Below are positions 38,151 to 49,275 of a stretch of DNA of 64,000 nucleotides, one piece after another. This DNA comes from Azolla caroliniana (Eukaryota > Plantae > Polypodiophyta). Every line of letters begins with the position of its first letter. Within the stretch, counting starts at the first letter, position 1. Under the pieces are notes generated by a model. It saw only the letters and a list, made by a program, of their open reading frames with translations, ran no database searches and had not been told where the DNA came from. A program made the position numbers and the translations under genes. The stretch spans positions 16,864,001 to 16,928,000 of the forward strand of contig JBHGNT010000006.1 in the NCBI GenBank assembly GCA_043228905.1, written 5' to 3'.

Positions 38151-40212
38151 GGTAACCGGTTATGGTTGGTCACGAGCGCAACAGGTAGTTGGCGTTTGTG
38201 ATGTCGGGTTTGTTTTCGAGTGCACTAGTGATGTAGCTCCAATACCCTTGGCCGACTAGGTATTGGTTCATCTTGTACTCCCAGGATAAATAATTGCTTC
38301 AGTCTAGCTTTTCACTAGGGAGCGAGCTACCCATTTGTGTATTCATACTGATGTACCCTTTTCTTCCTTTGGTCACGTACACATGCTACGTAGTAGCACT
38401 ACGATAGCAAATAGCCGGATTTGTCATCGGCGTCTCGAACACACAATCACAGAGTGGGGTGGGCTTAGTGGATGTACTAAACCATACGCTTTTGATACCA
38501 TGTTAATAATTAGGTAATTAACTAGGGTTAATTAGGGTCTAATTATGTGAGTATTGATAAAGCAACAGAAGATTATGTGATTTGTGTGTGTATGTGTGTG
38601 AGAGGAAGAAAGAGAGGAAGATACACTTATGAACAATAATATAAATGGGGGATGCTTAACGAGAGTGTAGCTAAAGACCTTTATCTATATTAATAAGCAT
38701 CAAAATACAACGATATCCACAATGTGGTATATATATACATCTCATGTGCAAGGGTGCACATGTGTGAGGAGAATATAGTTACAAAGGTGTAAGTTCTATA
38801 TTAAATGAACATGTGAGTGGAGGATCTAGAATGTTTCCCATTGAAGTACAAAATCCTATTTAAGGCTTTAAGGTTAGTACACTAACTAGATTCTATCTAG
38901 GTAACTACTAAGTTACGTGGCCGGAAGGGCCACAAAGAAAGTGAGTGTTGGAAGAAGCATGCCAATTTGGACAGAACTGGATTGAGCCGGGGAGATGTAG
39001 ATAGGCGTCATAGATCACACTTCATCGAAGGGCAAGGGCGAGCTGAAACAGGCCCTACCCTCATGATGAAGCACAATTCTAATCGGATGGGTGCGCATAC
39101 CTCGAAGCCGGAGGAGGTTTGGGACGTCGATTCCAGAGCTTCCAACCATATGAAGAACCATTCAAAATGGTTCTCCTTTCTTGAGAAGACAGAGCTTCCA
39201 GGAGTTGTTGAAATAGGTGACAACACTGCACATCTCGTCGAGCACGTGGGTGATGTACCACTCAGCCATGTCAGACAAAAGGGGGTGATGTGGAATATAT
39301 TGCATGTTCCGACGATTGCTAAAAACTTGGGAATCTGTCGGTCAAACTGTCGATCAAGGCATGCAGGTACAACTCAATCACCTTGGCTGCTTCATCGAGG
39401 ACAAGGGTCGGCTGATCGCGCATGGGCGTAGAGACGGGAGGATGTTTATCCTCGAGACCAATGATGTCGGTGACACAATGTTTGCAAAAGGACAAAAGGT
39501 AAAATCCGACATCAACCTATGACACAAGCAGATCGACCACATCAATTTTAGAAAGCTTCAAGAATTGCAGTTGGAATGAGTAGTATCCGGACTGCTGAAG
39601 TTTAGCGGCTGGAAAGGCCAAGTATGTGAAGCTTGCTAGCTCGGGAAGCAACATAAACTTCTGTTCCCCAATGAGAAGAATCGGAGTCGAAGTCAAAATC
39701 GGCTTGATCTAATCCGCATAGATGTATGGGGACCGACAAGTTGCATGAGCATGGAGGGGAGCTGATACTTCGTCTCCTTCATCGACGATTTTAGTCGACA
39801 CACTTGGATCTACCTAATTGAAAAGAAGAGCGAAGCCTTCTCATGTTTCCGGGACTTAAAGAACCTTGTCGGACGGGAAACTGAATGGAAGATGAAGTGT
39901 CTGAGATTGGACGGCGGAAAAGAATACTTTTCCGGCCAGTTCACGAGCTATCTGCAGATGAAGGGAATCCGGAGGGAGTTCTCATACAGATACATGCCGG
40001 AGCAGAACGACATTGCCGAGAGATGGAACCGGATGATGGTTGAAGCGGCTAGAGCGATTGGAGGAGAAGAGCATGCCAAGAATCTATTGGGCCAAAGCTA
40101 TCCATACAATTGTCTATATTTAGAATCGGAATTCTGCCTTTGGAGCAAAGATGTCACCGCATGAGCTATATTTCGGGCGCAAGTCATATATGTGCATATA
40201 CCAGACAAGAGA

Positions 40213-41702
40213 AATGGCCAGATTTATTGCTACGAAAACTACGGTAACAACTCCTGAATTGGCTTACCAATTTGTTGACGAGTTATTTCATTTTTATGGG
40301 TTACCAATGGATATCGTGAGTGATCGAGATCTGAAGTTTACTAGTGACTTTTGGACGCAATTCTTTAAGAAGTTAGAAACTACATTGAGCATGAGCTCCA
40401 CGGATCATCCTCAATCCGATGGACAGACAGAACGAGTAAATCAAATTATTGAGGACATGCTTTGAGCATACGTTGGTACAAAACCCACAAAATGGGAACG
40501 TTATCTCCCAATTTTGGAGTTTGCTTATAACAGCTCCAAGCATACATCGACGGGATATAGTCCTTTTATGTTGATGTATGGTTTTCAACCACGAGCCCCG
40601 ATTGATGTTAATATACATCATGATGAGTTGCAAAGTACGCAAAAATTTCTTCGGCATATGCAAGATATGTTGCATATTGCACGAGATAATATAAAAATAG
40701 CTCAAGATAGAGCGTGTTTTTATGCCGATCATCATAGGCAACCTCGTGTATTCAACCCTGGATAGAAGGTGTTTTTACGTGTACCTCACAATTCTAGGAC
40801 ATTGTCTAAGGGTAAGTGCGCTAAGTTAGCCCCACGGTTTTGTGGACCTTTTACAGTCCTCAAACGCATTGGGTCATCAGCCTATTGTCTCGCTCTTCCC
40901 AATTGTGTTGAAATTCATCTAGTTTTTCATGTGAGTCGTCTAAAAGAACTTCTAGGTTTTGGCGTCAATACAATTACAACTCAAACTCTGGTTACTTCTG
41001 AAGAATTATCTTCTAAACCACATGTACTAGAAAGAATTCTCAATGTTAAAACAAAAAAATTACGTACTAAAGAAATCCGAGAATTTAAAATAAAATGGAT
41101 GGATAAATTAATAAAAGATGTCACATGGGAACGCGAAAATACTCTCAGAACTAACTTCCCTAACTTTCCATTGCAAGAGTGCAATGTTTTAAAGAGGGGG
41201 AGTATGTTACGTGCATGACCATATAATATCCCGTGGTGAGAATTTACCGTAGTATTCTATACACGTGGATAAGTGTGAGGGTTAAGAAGGGGAGGATTAC
41301 TTTTAATCCTCGGGATTGAGACAACCCATTAGGACAAGTGTGAACTTGCATGGGGGCCTTGGGTATCGCTATAAATATGAGGCCTAGCTACCCTCATTGG
41401 ATCATCTTTTGACTACGTCGAGACTTTGTTTCGTGGTGGTTCAACTCTTGTAGCGAGCACGCCAGCACCAGGTACGACTCGACGCCACGATAGTGGTATG
41501 GGACACCGATCGAGGCTCGAGTCCATCTCGAGCCCTTCGCTCGGGGGTGGTCGGGTGAATTGGCACCCTTCTTTCTCTCTCTCCTTTCTATCTATCTATC
41601 TATCTATCTATCTATCATTCTTTTCTCCTTATCATACGCTTACATTAGATCATATCTCTAATAATTACGACAAGAAAGTAGATAGTGTTTAACCTAGTAA
41701 CG
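40213..41702 (+). mobile_element. Chromovirus (Ty3/Gypsy) 3' fragment: integrase, chromodomain, PPT and 3' LTR (41205-~41702)
   Basis: IVSDRD.KFTS.FW, HPQSDGQTERVN, KLAPRFCGPF, FHVSRLK; chromodomain ERIL..KIKW...VTWE; AAGAGGGGGAGTA|TGTTAC. Confidence 0.88.
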
Positions 41703-43759
41703 CACGATCAAGTCCGATTTGATGGAGATTCCCTTCCTAGTGGTTGCAATCACAGAAGAAAGGTACAACCAATTGGCTTACCTTAAGAGTGATCCAACGA
41801 AGTAGAGTGTGAATCTTCAGTTTTCTTTCTCTTCTCAAGATGAGATCTTGAACTTAGGATCTTTAGGAAGACAGGGGCAAAAGAGTTGTTGAAAACAAAT
41901 GATGGCCAACAGCGAGTTAAAGAACCTCGTGCTCTGATACCAAATGTTGGAGTCTGAGATTGTCAGAGTGGAAACATAAACAACACCTTGAGATGAAGAT
42001 CACCGAGTTAGCAAGTAATAGCAAGATCAGAGAGACAATGTGTGAGAGAAAACAAGAGAGATGGATAGACAGAGGGGCACACAAGTGAAAAGAATAGCAT
42101 GCGAAAGCTAAAAGACATAACTGGTTACAACTGGATAACAATAGAAAGTAAATGAAGGTTTAATGGAAATTCAGATAAAAACTCAATTTCAAAATTATAC
42201 TCTATCTTTACACACAAGTGTGCTTAGTGTGCACTTTTACACAAGTCCATAAAGGACGGTCAGAAGTACTGACAAGTACTTCAATGCTCATAAGGAGCGT
42301 CTAACACTAACTCCCAAAAATATGCCTATCTCTAGGCTAGGATCGTAGGCCTCTAATGGCCCACTGACTCTCGTGGATCCGGCTCTCCGATCCGATCCGG
42401 GCCTAGCTGATCGGTCTTCATCCGATCCGGCTCTCGGCTTGTTCATTGGATCTGGCCCATTTTGAGCTTGCTTCTCAACACTCCCCTCAAGCTCAACTTG
42501 ATGTTCCTTCTGCTATGCTAATTTCTTTCCTCGGCTTCTCCTGGCGGCTTCACGCCTTGCTCACGCTCCTCGACTGGTGTGGTCCTATGCACCTCGACCT
42601 CCTTGGTCAGATTGCTTGCTCATCAGGACCTTTTTAGCTCCCTCTCTATCATGGTATCGACGCTTCTCGACTTGTCGGCTCCTCCATGTCGGCGTTGACT
42701 TCAGTTGTCCTCTTGTCCGCTCGGCCTTCATGTGATTCGGCTCATCCGAGTAAAATTACTCAACCGAATTGTCATCCGTCTTTAGGCCCTTGATCACATC
42801 CGACCATGTCTTGGTCCTGGCCTTTTTCTTCCAGTCGGCTCTGTCCTTCTTGACTCTACCGCCTTTGCCGTTTGTTCCAGCTCTTCCGGATGTGTCGAAT
42901 TCTTCAGTCTATTCGGCATCGTGTTTGGTTTCGGCTTTCTTCTATTGCTCTCCCCCTTTTTCTCTACCTGTTCTCCCCCTCAAGTGTGGCACGTCGAGAT
43001 GTTGTTAACCAAGCATCTCCAAAAAGTGTTGCAACTTGTCCGACCCGAGCGCTCCGGTGAAGATGTCGGCCACTTGTCGATCGGTTTGAACATATCGGAG
43101 TTTGACTTCACCGCACAAGACCCGCTCATGCACAAACTGGTAATGCACTTCAATGTGCTTTGTCCGAGCATGGAACTTTGATACTGCATGCTACTGATGT
43201 TGTCGTAGTAGATCGGGATTGAAGTGGGAACTTTGATCCATAAGTCCTGCAGGAGCCATAAGATTCATATAGCTTCACAAGTCGCGACAGTGGCTCCTCT
43301 ATACTCAGCTTCGGTGCTTGACAATGCCATTTTCAGCTGCTTTTTGCTACTCCAGGCTACAACTGCACTTCCAAGTGAGAACATGAAACCTGACGTCGAT
43401 TGGCGATCCGATGCATCTCCAACCTAGTCGACATCCATATAGCTACGATGCGCTGACATATCTGATTAGTCGATGCGCACACTGAAGATGCTCGACTGTC
43501 AGTTGCTGCATGAACGAACTAATCACCTAGACCGGATACCTAAGGTCAGGTCGGGTGATAGTTAAATATATAAGGTTTCTGACTATTATCGGAACCGTTT
43601 CGCATCGCAAGTTTCTATCGAGGGGTGTCGAGAAGGGTCAGCCATCCGTCATGCCGAACTTGAACAACATATTCAAAACATAGTGTTGTTGAGACAACAA
43701 TATGCCATCGGGGGTGTGAATCACTTTGATCTCGAGAAAGTAGTTGAAAAGAATACTTG
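41703..43759 (-). mobile_element. Copia fragments: RT/RNaseH and 3' UTR (43759-42481), LTR 41945-42480, then PBS and 5' leader
   Basis: ALSSTEAEYRGATVATCE; PPT reverse complement CTCCCCTCAAGC at 42481; PBS reverse complement GCTCTGATACCA at 41931-41942. Confidence 0.8.
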
Positions 43760-45062
43760 TGTTGAAGCGTGTGCGATAGACACCGAGTACACAGTTGGTT
43801 TCGGAAACTCGACAGTTAGGTAAACACGGAGAATGGTGTATGAGAGAGAGACAGAGACAAAGATTGCCGACAACAACTTCTATTTCAAATAATGAACACT
43901 CTGTACATATGTTGTGTTCAGTAACCAATTTTTATACAGGCCCCTAACGAGTGGGATGACACAAGTACCGTTAGTACTTGAATGCTCATAAATGAGCATG
44001 ACACTAAATTTGTCTACAATTTACTATAGCAGGAATATAGACCCTCAACAGCCCTTTGGAATCCTTCCTACTTGGCTCATGGCCCTCGGCCCTCACTTCT
44101 TGGTTCTCAGCTACTTCAGCCAAATAGGCCCATGTTGAGCTTGTCTCTCAATCATCCCTGTCAAGCTCAACTTGAGGTCCAGCGGCCCCTTCGGTCCGGC
44201 GTTCCTCAACTCAATTGGTTTCGTGCACCTCGACCTTTATGGTCAGCTTGTCCGCTTCCAGGGCCCTTGACAACTCCCTTGTTGTCGCGGCATTGGTGTC
44301 CCTCGACCCGTTGCCTCCTCCGTGTCGGCATTGGCGTCGACCGCCTCCTTGTCCGCTTGGCCTCTGTGTAATTCGGCTTGTCCGAATCACCTTCCATGAT
44401 CGAATTGATTGGTTCTGATTCATTCCAGCTCTTGTTTGAATTGGTTGTCTCCAATTTGTCCTCCTTCAGCATCTTGACCACATCTGCCCATGTCTTGGTC
44501 TTCGCTCAGTCGTCTCTGTCCTTTTCGACTCTACCACCTTCCTTGCCCTTCTCGGCTTCACTTCCCCTTGGTTCCGTTGGCTCTGGCTTCAACTCTCTCT
44601 TTCGGCCGTTCCCCTTGCATCTAGCTAGTCTCTTCTTAGCCGATCTTCTTCCATCTATCCATGTGTCCTCGGCTTCTCGATGTGCTTTGTTCGGGCGTGG
44701 ACGACAGGGTTCTTCGTGAGCTGGATACTACTAAGGTTGTTATAGTAAATAACCGTTGGCTCAAACACATCCACTTGTAGGTCCTTCAACAACCTTTTGA
44801 GCCAAATGGCTTCCCACGTAGCGATATCCGCCCCTCGATACTCAGCCTCAGTGCTCGATAGTGCCACCATCGGTTGCTTTTTACTGCTCTAGGAGATCGT
44901 GTCGCTTCCCAATGAAAACGCAAACCCCAATGTTGACCTGCAATCGCCGACATTTCTGGCCCAATCGGTGTTCGTGTCGCCGATTAACTCAACAACTACT
45001 CCTGCCTGATACAACAACGCCCTGTCCTTAGTGCCGCTGGCATATCACAATATACTTGGTGT

Positions 45063-48000
45063 TGTCGTGAAGGATTTGCTTCACGATATAAAAATAAACT
45101 TGAATATTGTATTAAGTAACATTTGAGAGACTTGAACCGGTAACATCACACACCAAGGATGAAAGATATACCATTAGGATAAGTTATTTTCTATAGCTAT
45201 ATTTTTATCACCATACTTATGACATGTGTATCTTCATACATTAGAGCTTAGATGAGCATGATGGCTATCATGCATCACATGTAAAGCATGTGCGCCAAAT
45301 GGCGATCATGCATCACATGCATTACATGCATGCCATGCACCCCCATATCATCATATGCATGAGAGAACCTATAAAGAGGGGTAAGGAATTAAGGGATGGA
45401 GCAAGGGAAAACAGGGTAATCAATCAATGAAGAGAAAGTTAGAGAAATAAGATTATGAAAGAAATAAATAATAAGTTAGCTTGTTGGTGAAGAGGCTCGT
45501 GTTTCAAAATCGGAGTCAAGGGTTTGAATCTAGAGTTTAAGGAAGAAAAGTTGTATTTTGTATCGACATTGTACAGTTGGTAAAATCTTGTGTTCATCAT
45601 ATAAAGCTTGTTTTTATCATACCATTTCAATTCTTCAATGATACATTGTCTTTGTCTCTTATCTATGCTCGTCTCTCTCTCGCACATTACTTCTAACTCT
45701 TGTTCTTCCTATTCTTAATCTTTCTAACATTGTTGCACAAGCCTTATAAAATATACAACCAACTCCTTTTAACCTTAGTCCTTGCGACTTCACCGCATGA
45801 ACCACAACTACCCCGACACATTTGGTGAACCCGACGTGAAGGCGACGACAAGGAAAAATGGAGGAGCAAATGAGGCTTATGTGTGCGATGATGGAACGAA
45901 TGATGCGGGAGCAAGGGATGATGGCAAGCATCGACAAAGCCGTCGGCAATATTCTCGCACGAGTAGGGATCTTTGAAGGTATGAATTTAACAAGATTTTT
46001 GAAGATTTACAAAGAGGAAATGCTTAAACGAGGTGTCGACGAAGCGGCAAAAATTAATAGCTTTAGTCGAGTCACTGTGATTGGGCTACAAGAAAGGATC
46101 CAGGAGCTACAAAGAGAGCATAAGACATGGGCAACTTTCGAAAGAGCATTATTGAATGAATACAACCTCAACGATATGTCAAGGATGACAAGGCGAGCTC
46201 TCATGGATTGGGTAGAGTTTGATAAACATTTAAGTGTTTTGGAAGTATTAAAAGAATTTTCAGAAAGATTTGAGCAATTAAATGTTAGGGATAGAAATAT
46301 AATAATGCTAGACAAAATAATATTCTTTCTACAAGCCACTAATATTAAAGACAAGAAGGACTTGGGAATGCTTTTGGAAGATCAGAATAGTCCAAGTGGA
46401 CTTACTGAAGACTGGGAGGAGGTGAAAAGGGTGCGCAACCATTTCTGTAAAAGAAAGTTATGGTTTAAAGAGTTGCCTGAGAGGAAGGGAGACGAAATGA
46501 GAAACAACTCGGGAGAGAAGAAAATAGAAGATTCACTCTTGCATGAGTTGGTGAAAGGCATGAAAGACTTGTCGATCAAAGTGACGAAGCTAGAATCGGG
46601 ACAAAGCTCAACTTTGTCAAGGCAAGGAGGTGGAATGATCCGAAGGTGTATGTGGTGTGACAATATCGACCATCATAAGAAAGACTGTCAAGAAAATAGG
46701 GATGCTCTTAATCATGATAAAAGCTATTATCAAGATGGTAAGATTCACTTCACAGAGATTCGACGACCGCTTCAACTCAACTTCGGGCGAGGTGGAATGA
46801 AAAAGCTAATGGAAGATACTGAGAAAGAAACAACTCAAACAATACAATCTGTGACAACGTTAGGGTTGTGCGTAGAAGACTCATATGGTGGATCTGGCTT
46901 TTGGCAAGGTGTGATGGAGTATGCAAGAAAAGGGAAGGTTCAAGTGAATGAATTAAAAAGCGTGGGTGATGAAATTTGGAACTTCACTGGATGGAATGAT
47001 CCAGTAGACACACTATCAGCATTTGCCCAAGTGAATGTACAAGATACACTAGTGGAAGTGAAGCGAAAGAGAGGTGAGGAGGCTGATTCGGCAAAGAAAC
47101 ATGAGACACAAGAACAACTTCAGAGAAGAGAGATGGAAAAGGATGCTCCTGAGTCCAAAGAAGCTAATAAAGTCAAAGGGAAGACAGGCCCAACTTTTAA
47201 GCTTGCTTCGGACATAGAAGCCACGACGGATATAAAACATGTCATGGAAGAAGTTACGAGAGAGTGTGCAGCAACAAGTCTCCAAGATTTGGATCATGAA
47301 TCCATCAATGTTGCAGGAGTAAAGAAGATAAATGATGTTGGCATTCATGAAGGGGATAGGAGTCATTATACAAAGAACCATTGGGCTCAAGCAACAACGG
47401 AGGTGCCTACAAAAATTACGGAGCAACAGATTCCTTGTATTGCTTTGCGGGATCATGGATAAAAAATTAACATGATGTCGTCGGAATGTTGTGCTCAAGG
47501 AAGTTGGCCAATCGATAAGAATCATGGTTCGAAGAAAAGAGTTGCAACAGAGATGATGGAGGATCTATTCGGAGCATGTCCTAATGTGAAAGCAACAACG
47601 GGAGATGTGTATGTGTCGGTGGATGAAAATTACTATGTGCAAGATGGGTCAACCATACATCAGCGTAGTGAGTATGGAAACAAAGGATGGTGAACCATAC
47701 ATCAACGTAGTAAGGATGGAAACAACTGTGATTAATGATGATTCAACTTTCGTGAGGATCAAGAGTCAGGATGGAAGGAAGAGGGGCCATATCTTAACCA
47801 TGACGCCTAACCATGAAAGAAACAAAGAATGCTTGAGGGGACATCCAGTTCAGAAATGGAATGAAGAGTTTTTCCAAGACTTTGGATGAACTTTGCACAA
47901 CCAGTGTGCAAGTTCAGAGGGGGTGGGTGTCGTGAAGGATTTGCTTCACGATATAAAAATAAACTTGAATATTGTATTAAGTAACATTTGAGAGACTTGA

Positions 48001-48622
48001 ACCCGTAACCTCACACACGAAAGACGAAGCATATACCATTAAGATAAATTATTTTCTATAGTTATATTTTTATCACCATACTTATGACATGTGTATCTTC
48101 ATACATTAGAGCTTAGATGAGCATGATGGCTATCATGCATCACATGTAAAGCATGTGCGCCATGCAGCCCCATATCATCATATGCATGAGAGAACCTATA
48201 AAGAGAGGGAAAATAGGGTAATCAATCAATGAAGAGAAAGTTAGAGAAATAAGATTATGAAAGAAATAAATAATTAGTTAGCTTGTTGGTGAAGAGGATC
48301 GTGTTTCAAAATCGGAGTCAAGGGTTCGAATCTAGAGTTTAAGGAAGAAAAGTTGTATCTTGTATCGACATTGTATAGTTGGTAAAATCTTGTGTTCTTC
48401 ATATAAAGCTTGTTTTTATCATACCATTTCAATTCTTCAATGATACATTGTCTTTGTCTCTTATCTATGCTCGTCTCTCTCTCTCGCACATTACTTCTAA
48501 CTCTTGTTCTTCCTATCCTTAATCTTTCTAACATTGTTGCACAAGCCTTATAAAATATATATCCAACTCCTTTTAACCTTAGTCCTTGCGACTTCACCAC
48601 ATGAACCACAACTACCCCCACA
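45063..48622 (+). mobile_element. Non-autonomous Gypsy: gag-protease only, LTRs 45063-~45818 and 47928-48622
   Basis: TGTCGTGAAG LTR pair; PBS TGGTGAACCCGACGTGA (tRNA-Trp) at 45823; ORF 45858-47462 with CMWCD...H.KKDC knuckle and ALRDHG protease; PPT directly after the protease region. Confidence 0.9.
45858..47889 (+). pseudogene. Gag-aspartic protease polyprotein (stop at 47462, later frameshift)
   Basis: Homologous to the minus-strand gag-pro at 55214-53110 (NFGRGGMKK, GW.DPVD, HYT..HWA, GACPNVK). Confidence 0.85.
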
Positions 48623-49213
48623 ACGTGCACTAAAGGTGTTCGACTTTTGGCTGAGACATGAATTGGCTGATCAAGCCAACCGGATAACTGAGATCCGTCC
48701 GAGTGATTGTCAAATAAGTGAGGCTTATGACAATTTACCAGAACCGTGTTGGGTCGCACACTGTCGTGAAGATCTGTCACTAGGCGTATCGTGAGACGGA
48801 ACCGCTGGGGTTTTGGACTGGAAGGATTCGAAGTTTATGCTATGCTAGTTTTAGCAAGAAAGTATTTAAGATAGATCGAGAGAGATTGATATGGCGAGAG
48901 AGAGATATTGAAATAAAGATTTAACTCTTGATTCTAGATTTTAGAGAGAAGATACAACAACAATAGGGTTACAAGTTTCTTATTTGATCATCCAAAAATT
49001 TTCATTCCCCTTTCATCTTCCCCCCCCCCCCCCCCCCTCTTTTATAGATACCCTCATGCATGTGACGGTACAAGACATGCATAAAATGCATGTTTGCCAT
49101 TTGGCGCTCATGTATTACATGTGGTGAATGATAACCATGTCACTCATTTAAGCTCTCATGTATAAGAATTTACATGTAAAGTTATAATGATAAAAATATA
49201 ATTCTAAGAATAT

Positions 49214-49275
49214 GTGTTGGCTTAGTGGTAAGCGTATTGACTCCTAACTTGGAGGTGCAAGGTTCAAATCCTTAG
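49214..49275 (+). promoter_or_regulatory. tRNA-derived Pol III A/B-box cassette inside LTR (antisense to element)
   Basis: A box TGGCTTAGTGG 49218-49228, B box GGTTCAAATCC 49261-49271; D arm GCTT/AAGC, T arm AAGG/CCTT. Confidence 0.7.

Larger units (their letters stand above)
34984..38920 (-). mobile_element. Copia derivative (gag only retained) with LTRs 34984-35443 and 38501-38920 (truncated)
   Basis: LTR pair TGTTAATAATTAGG; PBS reverse complement TTTGATACCA at 38491-38500; PPT at 35444; gag from ~38333 to ~37032; no pol seen. Confidence 0.85.
33528..40212 (+). mobile_element. Copia element 5' half (LTR 33528-34029, gag, then knuckle/protease/integrase at 38921-40212), interrupted and truncated
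   Basis: PBS TGGTATTAGAG at 34030; KLDRSNYAFWSYKMHQYL gag; GRKGHKESECWKK; VDSRASNHM; CLRLDGGKEY. Confidence 0.85.

Noticed and set aside
47650-47725. Short duplication in the protease region as a functional signal
   Set aside because: Looks like a local tandem duplication in a decayed ORF and is absent from the related element.
48635-48639. GGTGT as 5-bp TSD of the 45063 element
   Set aside because: It lies 12 bp from the LTR end within continuous Copia RT sequence; coincidental.
49214-49275. Functional tRNA-Arg(CCT) gene
   Set aside because: Acceptor and anticodon stems do not pair; reported as a tRNA-derived cassette instead.
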